NCBI GenBank assembly: GCA_905178155.1
Contig: CAJINV010000002.1
Coordinates: 8,017,224-8,081,223 of the forward strand
Source of the DNA: Amoebophrya sp. A120
Lineage: Eukaryota > Protista > Dinoflagellata
DNA: 64,000 bases
Direction of reading: 5' to 3'
The notes under the pieces were generated by a model that searched no databases, was not told the origin of the DNA, and was given only the letters and a program-made list of their open reading frames with translations. Shown here one piece after another: positions 1 to 13,687 of this stretch (position 1 is its first letter; every line of letters begins with the position of its first letter). Made by a program: the position numbers and the translations under genes.

Positions 1-258
1 CTAACCAAGGTTTTCATTTTGAAAACCTTGGTTAGGAAAAAAGGCCAAAATCATTTTTCCTAACCGAGGTTTTCATTTTGAAAAGGGCGGTCAGGAAAAA
101 TTTCAATGGGCTAACCTCTGTTTGCATTTCAAACAGGGAGGTTAGGAAAAATGAATTCGCCCACTTTTGCTAACCGCCCTTTTCAAAATGGAAAAGGCGG
201 TCAGGAAAAAAAAATCCGGCCGCTTTCCCAGGCTCAGCCGCCTCAGGAAAAAAAAATC
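1..258. repeat. Array of ~55-bp palindromic (hairpin) units, truncated by the window start; probably intronic
   Basis: 1-35 is a perfect 16-bp-stem hairpin (ctaaccaaggttttca-ttt-tgaaaaccttggttag); degenerate copies at ~54-100, 110-150, 165-212 and 228-250. Confidence 0.75.
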
Positions 259-3200
259 CCCTTCCGTCACGAAGTCGGCGAAGTGGCTAATAATCGTGAC
301 GTGCCGCGTCCTACCAAATGCAAAAGTCTCTGGGTCTGGAAGAATGCAACTTGTCATGCTAAATTTTTTTTTTTTTTTTGCTAGGCAAATTGCGCGCTCA
401 GTCTCAGTTTCAGTGGAGCGCCCCGCCGGTTGAACACTTCTGATGGTGAACGAAAACCAGGGATTTGCGGCTTCGCGCCGCGACGACTTGATGGGGGTCC
501 CGCGCCCCCCCTCCGCTTCCAAAAATGCAGTTTGTGCGTGAATGCTGCAAAACCTCCGACACCGCGGCACCAATCAGGAGCAAGCTCCTATTCACCATAC
601 ACAAACCCAAAGACGGAAATCATCGGGAAAGGATATTGTCGACCGCAATCAATGACGCCAATGGCAACTACAACCCGAAGCAGGGGAGGGGTAGATACTC
701 CCGCACAACGCGCGAGATTCGTTTTCTACGTGTCGAGCCGGTAGCAGCGGCACACGTCCGATACAGTTTTTTCCACGATGACGAATCTGCTGTTTTCTTT
801 TCTTTTTTTTTTCTTTCCTTTTTTTCTTTTTGCTTTTCTTGTCTTTTCATTTTTTTTTTAATTTTTTTTTTTTTTGTTGCTTTTCTTTTCTTTTTTTTCT
901 TATGCCGACACAGCTGACGCACAAAAAGCGGTGGGCGATTCACGAAGAAGTGCGCGGGTATGCTCGGCGTTCCCGAGGCCATAGGCCGTACCTGTTTGAT
1001 AAAATCCGGGCCGCGCTCTTGCTCCCACATTGCCTCGCCGCCCACGCTTCTGTGTATTCCCTCGCAAGCAGGCCGCGCAATGGTCCTCCTCGCGGCGTGT
1101 GGTCGTCCGCCAGTACATTTTGCGACTCTATCATTGAAGAAAAAAGGGCGCAAGACTAATACACGAGGCCTACCTTCCGCTTCCAAGGGATACATAATAA
1201 ACAACACACACTACGTTAGCACTGCCCACTACGACGCTGCGGCGACTCTAGTACTACTCTACGCTACGACTACACACCCGCTGACTCACCCCAAAGCTTA
1301 ATCCTACCCCACCAGCCACTGCTGGGAAAAAAAGAAAGCACAGCCCTGCAGTTTTGGAAAAGGCGCAACGAGTGGGGGGGGACCACAGGAGTCACCCCCC
1401 CCGTAAGCTGCGCAGGCGTTGAAGTATCTGCTGCTTATTTCTACATGAGCTACTTGCTTCATCACGTAGTGCTTCCAAAAAACGAAGTGCTTTCAATTCA
1501 CGAAGCGCTTTCGTCTCTGGATTCTGAAAAAAATTGTATTGCATGACCAGCAAGTGCAAGAGGACTCCAGTTTGTGCTACACGGAGAGGGCATTTCTCAT
1601 GCGGTAGAGGTATCACAAAATCTGCAGCATGCAAAAATCTGTGTTGCATGATTACCAAAAGTCGTCCAGTTTTGACCAAGTCGGGAGGTAGTTTCTCATG
1701 CAGGATAGGCATTGGAAAGGTCTCGCAGAATCTATCATGCTAGGCCCTGCATTCCAGACCTCATGGGTCATGGAAAAGCAGCATGACAAGTCGCGCATTC
1801 TTCCAGACCCAGACATTTTTACAATTGATACGTCCAAATGTCGTGCCCGCGCAGCAGCTGTACCTTTCGCCAGGAAACTTCCACAGCATCGCGCTTCTGG
1901 GTAGTGTCCGCAAAATGCACTCTTCGAGTGTCGCGAAAGACAGGCTCCTTTACACTTTTCCTTCTTGTTCCGAAGGGTTTGTTCTTTCCATAATTGCCAA
2001 TCTCATGATCTCCCCCGCCCACATAAGTCGCCCACTCTACAGTTTGTTCGTCAATCACTTGAACTGCCTGCTTACTTTTCGCTACCGGTCGCGCGAGCGC
2101 TTTCTCAACGAGCCCCAGAAAATGCGCCAGCCGCGGCCTGACCACCGGCTGCTGCAGAACCTCTGACACGCAGCAGGAAAACCTCGGACGCGGTTTTCGC
2201 GTAAGAAACGCCTGCTTACGTACCTTCCTCCCCTCGACGAAAGCGAACTCCAGCTGCTCCGCCAGCGTTGCCACTGTGGAGCAACCTGCTTTTACTCCCG
2301 TCGTTGCTGTGTGCCCTTTCACCTGCGGCAACTCTTGGATGAATCGTCTTAAAAATGCTAAGGAATGGCGAAATTCCACCGGGAACAACGAGGCGTGCTG
2401 CGACAGCTCTCTCGGAGAGATCACATCAAAAGTTGTAGGTATGCCACTTCTGAAATCTTCTTGCTGCCCGCGCGCGAGCAGGAGTTCCGCGAAAGGCATG
2501 TCGCGGCCCTCGGAAATTATCACGGCCGTGACTGGGATAACTGGTGTCTCATCGATGTTTCCTCGATTCTGATACATGAGAATTCCGCGCGGGCCTTTAT
2601 TTCCTAGTAGCTGCTGCCCCAAGGTCCTTCGGAAGTCGCTCCGGTCTAGAACTCTGCACCGATCCGGTGGCTCCTCTTCTCCCTGCTTAGCGATACTACA
2701 CTTTTTCAAACAACTTCCAATCCCGTCAAAGTGGCGGATACCTCGTCCGATAGAAGCACCAGTGGTTACTAGTCTAATCCGGAGGTTATTTGGATAAAAG
2801 ATCTTTTTCGTCCGCTTCAGAATCTGTTCGACTTTCGCCTGCAGCTGGTATACCGTCCACCTCCGCCAATCGTCCGACCCAAAAACAACACCTTGCTGGA
2901 AGGAGACAATTGGCGTCGCGTCGCTCATGGGGAGCACCTGAAGCACCGGTGCCCTGTTCCTGCTCTTGAACCGCATCCAGGAAAGAGAACTCGCTCGACT
3001 ATTCAGTGACGCAGCTACAGGTCCCACGTCTTCTTGGGGGGTCTCGGGTTGTCGTTGGTCCTGTTGAGAGGCAATGTTGTAGCTAGTCCGTCGTCCGATA
3101 ACTTTCGTAGACGGAAGTGTTTGTGACAAGTCGTTTCCAAATTTTTGCTCTCGTTGGAGGAGATGTCGAAGCGGCGGAAAGCAGCACTCTGTGTCTGCGG

Positions 3201-3315
3201 TGTACGCGGCAGAAGCTTCGTCGCAAAACAACTGCAGTGCGAAAAGCAAGATCATCCATGCAGGCCGGCGGGAACTGGCGGACGCGGATCTTCTTCGAAG
3301 GGAGAAGAATACCAT
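259..3315 (-). CDS. Unknown protein with N-terminal hydrophobic segment; interrupted by introner 312-1830 and probably continuing off the window
   Basis: ~500-codon ORF (ATG 3315; hydrophobic WMILLFALQLF). Removing 312-1830 plus one CGTCC copy gives in-frame ...GHDIWT|RHVTIISHFADFVTEG. Confidence 0.65.
312..1830. mobile_element. Inverted-repeat introner (family 1), expanded by a nested insert
   Basis: TACC..tctgggtctggaag / cttccagacccagacatttttacaattGATA termini; CGTCC duplicated at 307-311 and 1831-1835; internal sequence matches the 46913 copy. Confidence 0.85.
367..1517 (-). mobile_element. Poly(A)-tailed non-coding insert (SINE/retroposed-like) nested in the introner
   Basis: Splits the family-1 consensus gtcatgct(a/g)aattt|tggattc; T16 run at 364-379; internal polypyrimidine tract at ~792-901. 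Confidence 0.55.
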
Positions 3316-3872
3316 GGCTTTCGCTGTTGTGGATAAGATAGAAATAGGAAAAAAGAAGGTAGCTGGTGAATTCAAGAACAAAAAACGGAGGGAGCGGCAC
3401 TAGGTATCTGATATTAAAACAGCGACAGGCGAAATTTGATTTCTCTTGGACGTTAAAATGAGAAAATATTGTTCGTGTTCCTCGCTAACGCGACTGAGTG
3501 CAAACATATTTTACTTCTACAGCCTGATCTTCATCGGAAATTTGGTGCACAGCGGTGTCAAAACTACCACCTCCATTGATTCTGCACGAACATGTGCGCT
3601 CGTGCCAGAGTGTAGATCCGGAAAACAAATAGACGTCGAACAAACAAGCGCTCTGGCTCGAAAGCGAAACTGACAACCCGCGTTGTCTGTCACTGCCCCT
3701 ATCATTCTGATTCTTATTCATGATCACTGTCTTCCTGCTCAACGTTATGATTCACGGTGCAAGAGCAAATCTAAACAACTTCCGCCTTCTTGTGAGAAAA
3801 AATGATAAGCGCGCTAGGTTCGAATTGCTCCATTCGAACGAGTGCGGTACGACCGAGGTCGTTCTGCGCAGC

Positions 3873-5586
<1,714 letters not shown>

Positions 5587-6881
5587 GACGGGCGAATTTT
5601 CTTATTCGTCCGGAAAAAGCTCTTTGCAGAGATAGTGATTTCGACGTTCGACGCTTTTCTCAGTCCAAACGCAGTACCCAGCTGCAGCGCGCGCAAAAAA
5701 TTTTCCTGCGTGACGCAGTCCTGTTGTCCCGCAAAAGCACTTCGTTTACCGGCCGTCCTCAATTCCGTTTCGTCATGCAGCTCGCACGAGTGTATTCTGC
5801 AGGAAAAAGCTACATTGGAATGAAACTTGTGACCACTTCGGCAGCAGACCGCGTGCGACAAACGACTGGCTCAACCAGACTGGCCCACTCGTCTATTCGC
5901 CCTCACGAAGAGGAGAGGCGCGCTGGCGACCGCGCTGTCAGGAAAAATAGCAGCACACGTGATCGGGACGACTCCGAAGCGAACTATGCAGCTGGCGGAA
6001 AAATTTTGTCGAAGACCGGTGCGCGCGGGCCGCAAGTCAGTTCTGACAGAACTATCAAGTTGCAGCTCTTCAGAAAATTAAGTAGAACTTACTTTACAGA
6101 GCATCGACAACAAGCGGCCATCTTTGTTATCCGCCTTTACAGAGTTTCTTGTTGGTAAGTGATTGTGCCAGTTGTCTTTTTCTCGTCTGCGATACGGGTT
6201 TTTAGAAGTTGCTACTTACCCACAGCCAAAATACTTTTTCAAAGGTCAAGGTCTCTGTGTGTGTTTGGTCTGGTGCTTGCGCAACATTTTTCGTCCCCAC
6301 CTTGTACTTCCACATCACTGAATCCTGTGTAGTCGCAACTCCACAAAAATCGTAAACTGACACTTCGGCTCTCAAGACGCTGTTGAAGAGGCTTCGCAAG
6401 GGAGGTTTCTTCACGAACACGATCAATCGCGGAAAAATTTTCGCACGAACGGAGGTGCCAATCTAGTGGCCACTCACCCACCAAGATTCTCAACAATAGA
6501 TGATAATGTACACTTGGCCTTTTTTACAATCGACTCTGTATACAATCCATCTTCGGCGCGTATTACTACCAACTATTTTCAACGGTTAAGTAATCTGCTC
6601 ATCAAAACTCTCTTCCACCGTCAATGTAAGTACGTGTGTCCGAGAGCTGCGATGATAGATGTTCTTTTATTCTCGACAAGGTTCTGTTTCCACTGTAACT
6701 GTTATTAATTCCCACTGCATGAGACGGCGCAATCCGACCTCAAAGCTCGGAGCGTAGAGTTTTCTCGAGCTTATCCACAAGTGCGTTGTGCGTTGTATGT
6801 ACACCTGCACACAAACACCGTAGTAGCTAATTTTTGCTATCCGACGTTTCCCGCAACACCACGAGGTCGGCAAGCGGCTTA

Positions 6882-8657
6882 CCTCCATCGTAGCCGCCGA
6901 AGACAATCAGGTGCGGCCCGATTGTCGTGCAAGAATGAAAGTACCGCGAGCAAGGAGCCACGCCCGTGTACGTCACTTGGCTCCAGGTCCTGGAAATGTA
7001 TATGATCGTGAGTCATTTTCAAAATTATTTCCTTTTTGAAGATCACGCGTGGCATATACCGAAATAACCGCAAAGAAAGACAGGTGAACAACAAAAGAAA
7101 TACATGTCGCCGGTTCGGAGTATCATGCAGTCTTCATTCGATTGCTCGTCGTTCCCTGACGGCTGCTCGGGTCTGGGATAACATTACAATTCATACTACG
7201 GTTTTTTTCGTGCTGAAAAATAGAAAAACAACATCTGTGCATGCTGTCATATTTCTAGAACTAACGAAGCCATACAGGATACTTGTCTTTCCCCCTTGTC
7301 GCCCAATTCTCCGTGTTGACGCCGTGCCAGCCGCCAAAACCAATTAAGTCATTACTCGACAGCACCAACGTATGCCCGAACCGTGGGGCCATGGGAGACC
7401 CGTGCGTGCGGAGTCGGCTCCACTCGTAGGTTTGCAAATTGAGCACGCGGAAGTCATTCATGTAACAGGCTTTCACCATGTCGCCGATCGCTTCCTGGAT
7501 GATTTTTGCACCATGGTCGTTGGAAATAAATCGATTATCGACAAATTTGAGCTATATAAACAAACAAAATTCTGCAAGAACGCCAACGCGAAAGATGACA
7601 TCATAAGTACTAACTCAGTACCGTTTTCTCGATCTGTTGCGCCGCTGGTAGATGGAACCCCCCGTGGATCACCAAATTGGTGTCCATCAAAGTGGCGGTG
7701 TGACCCATCCGCGCGCTGGGAGCCGGACCCGTGGTTTCCTGGGTCCGCCATGCCATGGAGGTTAGATCCAACACGTGAAGGCCGGAAAAGAACCTGGAGA
7801 TTTTGTTTTTGCTCTTCGCGCGATAATAATTGCAGGTCGACGATTATACCGAAAAATGCAGCAAAGTGAATGTTCCATCTGCAACGCCATCCAGCTGTGC
7901 ATTAATCTTCCGAGTGGACAGGCGATATCCAGGTACCACAACAATTAATATTAAATGGAAATTTATAAGTAAGTACTTTGGCCCGGAAACACCCCCAAAG
8001 ATGAGCAAATTCGTGCCGTGCAGGGTGGAGCTGTGTCCCATGCGGGCCGCGGGCGCGCCGCCGCTGGAGGGTCCTTGGTACCACGTCATGGCCGCCACGT
8101 CCAGGGCGTGCAAGTCCCGAAAATGCGTCGCATTGTCTCCCCTGCCACCAAAATACACGACGCGGGACCCCACCAGCGACGCGGAGTGGCCGTACCGGGC
8201 TTCAGGTGGCGTGCCTGGTGGAAATCACAACAATAAAGAGTCGTATAGTAGTTCTGATTCTCATGTAGCTGTAGTACAACATACTTCCACTCTTTGTGGA
8301 GCAGCAAACGCTGTAAAGGCGAATGCAAACACAAATGTAACAGCTACCTTTGACCGCCGGTGTGGTCCACAAGTTCTGGTCGACGTCGAGCACGTAGACG
8401 TCGTTTAAATTTGTGTACACCCCGTCGTTGTTGAATTGCCCCCCGAAAATCACCAACTTCGGCCCGCTCCCTGCTATCGAGCTCACCAGGGTCGCCGTGT
8501 GCCCGCCGCGCGCGCACGGGTTGGAACCCTCGATCTGCGGGGTGGCCCACTGCCACGACCGGCTGGAGGAAGACGCTGAGGGCTGCGAGGTCGTGAAAAG
8601 CGTTTTCAGTACACACGTATCCGGCTCACGGATACGTGTGCGGTCCGGCTTCACCAT
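6882..8657 (-). CDS. Kelch-repeat protein (Rab9 effector p40/KLHDC-like), multi-exon; 3' end uncertain
   Basis: Repeated R-x-G-H-[ST]...[IY]FGG..ND..LD..W units: ARGGHTATL..IFGG, ARYGHSASL..YFGG, ARMGHSSTL..IFGG, PRFGHTL..GFGG, SRYFHSCT..VFGG. Confidence 0.85.
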
Positions 8658-9662
8658 TTTGACTGTGGTGTGTTCCGCCAAATTCTACACCTCGTAAAAA
8701 CAAGAGGAGCAAAGTGGTGACGCAAGGACGATCTGCTTCTATGTTTCACTTCCGTTCTTCCGCTATCGGTGTGAAGAGAGAAATTACTACGTTCACGCAG
8801 TTCATTCACCTACTAGATAAACTATAGGATCAACGCGACGACGAAGATGCTCCACCCACTCTTGTACTCCGATCAGCTCACCGCTTCCGACAAATGCACG
8901 CGCTCAAAAGTACTTATCTACCACGACTTCTCTCCGACGAAAGCATGCGATTGAAAACGCAGTTCCTCTACTTTTTCTCAAGTACTTCTAGACTGTATCT
9001 GAAACAAAAGCCAACAAAACCTGTCGTACTTGTCCCGAGTAAATGTCTGTGGTGTTTGTTGTGAACCACTGAAGAAAGCTGCAGGGCCGCAAAATGACGA
9101 GCTCCTGCGATGTGTACTTCTTTTCATTCTGCGTCATTCTACATCAAAACACGTCTTCCCTGGAAAGACGAAGATAAAGTCGTTACAGAAAGTTTGGGCT
9201 TGGCAACTTTTGTGCTTCTGGTAGAAGTGAAAGCAACAAAAGACTCATTGTACAAAAATCTGAAGCGCTGCGTGTTGTCCTGCTGTGGGGAAAAAAGCCT
9301 AAGTCTAATTGTACAAAAGAAGCCGAAGTGTACAGGCTCGCACAGTAGATCCGCTAATGTCCTGGCTGCATGTCCTTTGGTAAGTGAGTAGCCGTAATTT
9401 TATGCGACACTGCGCTATATTCTAGTCGCCAGCGTAGAAGTTGTTCTCGGTGTTAAACGTTTTGATTTTTTATTTTTTCAAAGATTCTATGTATACATAA
9501 CCTTTTTCACAAATACGCCATGCCCCTCCTCGCGTTTTCAACCTTCGTACTTTGGAAAAATTGAAGCCTTCGCTGATTAAGATTAGCGGTGGAGGGTTAT
9601 CATAGGCGAAAAAATCGTCACCAATTAAGGTAGTCGCGATTTCTTTGTTCTTTTCATCATTT

Positions 9663-12464
9663 CTACACCCTTCTGGGGAGCAAGATCTCCCGATTCCCGT
9701 AGTCGTAGCCCACGTAATAGGCCCGGTGGAAAGGGACGCCGAGCATGAGTGCGAGCGACTGCGTGTGGCGAAGTTTGTCGACACAGTGCTGCCTGGAGAG
9801 GGGGCGATTCGGGACCCGGCTGCCGTGGCAGTAGCAGTAGTCGGCGCCGGTAAGCGTGAACCAATGGAACATATTGGACCTCTTTTCCTCCAGCTCAAAG
9901 GCTATCTCCGGTCCGTCGGCCGGGCAGTCGCGCGCCGCGTGTCCGTTGCGCTGGTTGAAGTCCGCGAGCTTGCGCTCGAATACCTCATACAGTGGGCGGG
10001 CCAGACCGAGGACCGACCAGCCGGAATCCAGCATGACTTTGTACCGCTTATCTCGGTGTGAATGCTGGTCGTCCTCAGTTTCCGGGCGCTGGTTCCGGTA
10101 CAGCGTTGAGGGCCGAAACTCCCTCTTTTCCGGCGTCAAGGTGGTCACAAACCTGTTGACATCAGGAGAAAATGATGTACTACTGTTGCCGACGTTCGTT
10201 TGTCCATTTCCCGACGGTTCTACAACGTCCAGCCCCCGGTAGCTCCACTCCACCAGTGGCGGGAAAAAAGCGTAGAGTCGGTTTTGCGCCGGCTCGCGGA
10301 GGCGGCGGGACGCTGGTGGTACTGCCCCCGGGGCATCAGCATGGCGACGACTTGATGTTCCCGGTTGTTGTTCCTGGATACTCGACGTCGTGGGCGGTGA
10401 ATTATTATCCGCTTGGTCATCAAAGACCAAACGGTCCTCCCGCGCATCAAACACCTCGTCCCCAATTCTCACCTTCCGCACGTACAGTTGCCACTCGGAC
10501 CCGCGAAAGTCGAAGAAGTTCTTCAGCGTGCTATCCGCTAAAAGTGGCTTCCCGCCCACGCCCCGCCGCAGCGGGGTGCGCCCGGCGCGGATTCTGCGGT
10601 GGTAGAACTCTTCTTGAAGGCGGTCTTTCTCCCGCAGAAACCGGCGGAGCAACTTCCGCGTGGCTTTGATCCTGTCGTAGGTGCCGAGCGATGGGGCCTC
10701 CAGGTCCGTGTAAAACTGCTCGTGTATTGATAACCTCGCGGCTGTAGAAGTACTACGCGCCCTTCGGTAAAAATCCACACCATCCGACGGGTCCCACAGT
10801 GTACGGAACAGAAAGCCCGGTTCGTACCAGGGAAACGAGTCGCGGCGCTGCAGTTGCTCCGCCACGGGAAAACGGAGAAGTCTTTCCTCCCGCGGTTTTC
10901 CGTTCAGCACAAACACCGGGTTGCGCGACCACGGACCTCCGACGGTTGAAGGTGTTGATGCTCCTGCTGTCGCATTTGCATTGCTGTTGCTCTCGTCGAA
11001 ATTCTCGTTGGCCACCTGAAAGCTGAAGACCTGGTTCTCGCTGTTGCCCCGGTTCAACGCGTCCAGGGCGAACTGGTCCAGCAGACTCGCCGCGTTCTTC
11101 CGCGACGAGGGCTGGCGGCCAAGCCGCTCGGAGGGGAAGCCCAGCCCGAAGATGCCGTCCCACCCGAGGACCGGGTCGGGGGCGGCGGCGTCGTGCACCA
11201 CGGCAAGCTTGGGCACGTTCCCGAGTTTCTCTCCCCACGTGTAGTTGGAACTGGTATTTTGCTGTTGAAAAAGCCTTTGCAGCTCTCCGCTTGCCGCGAT
11301 CACGCTACTCGCACTTCCTGTCCGCAGATCCAAGTCGGGTAAAATTGTGGCTGTCTGTGGGCTTATTTGCTGCAAGAAGCCGGTGCCCCCGCCACGGTTT
11401 GCTACTTGTGCTTGTCCAGCGTGATCATTCTGGTTCTGCGGATTATTATTATCATTATTATTTTGCCCTTCCCCGCCTCCTCCGCTCCTGTTTACTCTCC
11501 AGACGTCCTTCCATGCCCGGCCCTCGAAGTTCCCGCCGACGTAGGTGCACCGGACGGCCGCCGTGCCAGAAGGGCAAGCCTGCGAAGATCCCTGGACCAC
11601 CCGGTGCATGGCATACACATCCAGAGCTTCCTTCGTGGACGAGGTGAAGCTAGACACGACTCCGGTGGCAGAGTCAGTGTCACCACCACCCCCCGCAGAT
11701 ACAACCCGCAGTCGGAAGAGATTCTGCACCGCCCCGCCCGTGTCCAAGAGGACAGTTTTGCCTTCGAACGCGTGGGGGGCGGCGGCGGGGAACGTCCCGA
11801 TGTCGATTTTCAATCCAAACGCGGATTTCATGCCAAAACTGGATTGTGCGTTCACATTCCCAAACCCGTTCACGTACACCAATGGCCAGACGTGCGTTTT
11901 GCCTGCTAAGATCTCCACCTCCGGGTGCCGCCAGGATGACCGCTGTGCAGCTGCAGCTCGAGGGGTCGGCGGAAGAGAGTTTGAGTTACTTTGCGAACCG
12001 GGCGGGGCCCCGCCAGCTTGTAGTGGCGGTGCCGGTGGACGTCGACTCGCATTACCTAGTGCACCCGCGCTTCTTCCAGGACCGGGAACCGGATTCGGCA
12101 ATAAACCGGTAGAAATTCTAGTATGGTTTCCTGTCGGTCGAGGTGTTCCTCCCGATGTGGAAGAGATATTTCTACCCCCTACTCCTCCGCCGGCGCCGCT
12201 AGGGCTCGAAACAAAAATGGGAGTGCTGCCAATGACTCCCGTGTGGGGGGAGATGTTTTCCTGTTTCGCGGCACTGCGGTCTTGCGCGTTTATGACCACT
12301 ACCGCGACCGTAACGGCGGTACCCGCGAGCAGGAGGACCGCCCCGATGGTCAGAAACAGCCCGAGCCACAGTGGACAACACGCGGAGGTAGTTCTTGTGA
12401 CAGGGCCTGCCGCTGGGGTTCTTTGCGGGTCATCTACATCTTCTTGCTGGTGCTGCTCCCTCAT
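9663..12464 (-). CDS. Pepsin-family (A1) aspartic protease with N-terminal TM anchor, intronless
   Basis: VLLDTG (GAC 11742-44), DGIFGLGF, VMLDSG (10026-28), LMLGVPFHRAYYVGYD; hydrophobic LWLGLFLTIGAVLLLAG segment. Confidence 0.88.
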   Translation of the reverse strand: MREQHQQEDVDDPQRTPAAGPVTRTTSACCPLWLGLFLTIGAVLLLAGTAVTVAVVVINAQDRSAAKQENISPHTGVIGSTPIFVSSPSGAGGGVGGRNISSTSGGTPRPTGNHTRISTGLLPNPVPGPGRSAGALGNASRRPPAPPLQAGGAPPGSQSNSNSLPPTPRAAAAQRSSWRHPEVEILAGKTHVWPLVYVNGFGNVNAQSSFGMKSAFGLKIDIGTFPAAAPHAFEGKTVLLDTGGAVQNLFRLRVVSAGGGGDTDSATGVVSSFTSSTKEALDVYAMHRVVQGSSQACPSGTAAVRCTYVGGNFEGRAWKDVWRVNRSGGGGEGQNNNDNNNPQNQNDHAGQAQVANRGGGTGFLQQISPQTATILPDLDLRTGSASSVIAASGELQRLFQQQNTSSNYTWGEKLGNVPKLAVVHDAAAPDPVLGWDGIFGLGFPSERLGRQPSSRKNAASLLDQFALDALNRGNSENQVFSFQVANENFDESNSNANATAGASTPSTVGGPWSRNPVFVLNGKPREERLLRFPVAEQLQRRDSFPWYEPGFLFRTLWDPSDGVDFYRRARSTSTAARLSIHEQFYTDLEAPSLGTYDRIKATRKLLRRFLREKDRLQEEFYHRRIRAGRTPLRRGVGGKPLLADSTLKNFFDFRGSEWQLYVRKVRIGDEVFDAREDRLVFDDQADNNSPPTTSSIQEQQPGTSSRRHADAPGAVPPASRRLREPAQNRLYAFFPPLVEWSYRGLDVVEPSGNGQTNVGNSSTSFSPDVNRFVTTLTPEKREFRPSTLYRNQRPETEDDQHSHRDKRYKVMLDSGWSVLGLARPLYEVFERKLADFNQRNGHAARDCPADGPEIAFELEEKRSNMFHWFTLTGADYCYCHGSRVPNRPLSRQHCVDKLRHTQSLALMLGVPFHRAYYVGYDYGNREILLPRRV

Positions 12465-13687
12465 GCTGCATAAAGGCGCAAAAATAGCCACCTCTCCCGC
12501 CGATGTTCGTTCTCACTGGCGAACATTCTAGATCATTTGATCGGCGTGCGGTGGATCTAGCTCGGGCATACCCATAGGCTACAACTTCTCGAAGTAAATC
12601 ACGCTTGGTTTCATCCTAACCTATATGTGGCGCAAAAATCTTCACAGAGGCAAAAACAAAATGATCTATACGTCTTGCAACATAGCGTTGCTGCGGAAAA
12701 CTTAAATTCTGAACATCATGCCAAAAGTCGTCCCTGAATAGAGTCAGTCGGCCGTAAGTAGATATACTCAGCGATCAACAGGATCTACTGCCCGATGGAA
12801 TTGACGAGCAACAGAGCAGGGCTTCATCGATTTCAGGTTTTAGTACTTTGATGAGCACTTACAATCGGCGTGAAAAGAAGTTATCGCTTTAATCGGCTCC
12901 TCGTTTCGACTAGCTTTCCAGGTCCAGATGATCTCCGTGTGATGATGTGAGATCGTAGTGGTGAATTACTGCTGCAGTCTTTGATCCAAGTCGTGATCAG
13001 AATGGCACCTGCCTACTCGGAAAACATCGAGCCACCCGAAACCTAGGGGGCCACGAAATACCACAAATAGGTCACAAGAGACGAATGTCGGCGAATGTTG
13101 TTTGTCGTGGCGAAATTATCGCTTTTTATCCTGCAGCCGGGTCCCGCCGCATACTCTCTGTACAAGGGTTTGATGACTTGCACGCTCTCCGTACAAATTC
13201 TGTGTTCGTTTTCAGAATTCGAAAACCGCTTGCGAATTCTTCACTGCACTCGCTCGGCCTGGACCAGCTGGCGCTCAAAGCTTTTCCAGGTTTCGTACAA
13301 TTGAATGTGACATCAGCAAAAAAACTTCATGTAGCTTGATTCTTCTAGATGTGGCAGTGACTGTTAACGAGCCTGCCTATGCATGTAATGTCTTTTTTTC
13401 GAGGAAACAAATTTCTAGGATGTTTAAAATTGTCCACGTACAGCAAGAAAACACTTTGTAATAGGGAAAATCCGTTACCGTTGTAGTCAAATCGTTCTAG
13501 GTTTCTGTTCATACATCTCTATCCTGGCAAAGAAACTATAAACGCAACACCTCTGTTGGAGATGAGGCTAATGCGAGCGCTATCCGGATCCCGGACACAT
13601 CATCACGAGTCTAACATTTCCAAATTATGTACAACAAACATCATGTATTCCTACTATGGTATGAGTTCCATCTTACAATATCACTCT

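Noticed and set aside
668-1207. Lys-rich 179-aa ORF and Phe-rich counterparts
   Set aside because: Produced by the polypyrimidine tract inside the nested insert
11545-12531. Long antisense ORFs over GC-rich genes (also 16773, 18675, 20758, 51473, 56605)
   Set aside because: Shadow frames of genuine genes on the opposite strand, with no motifs
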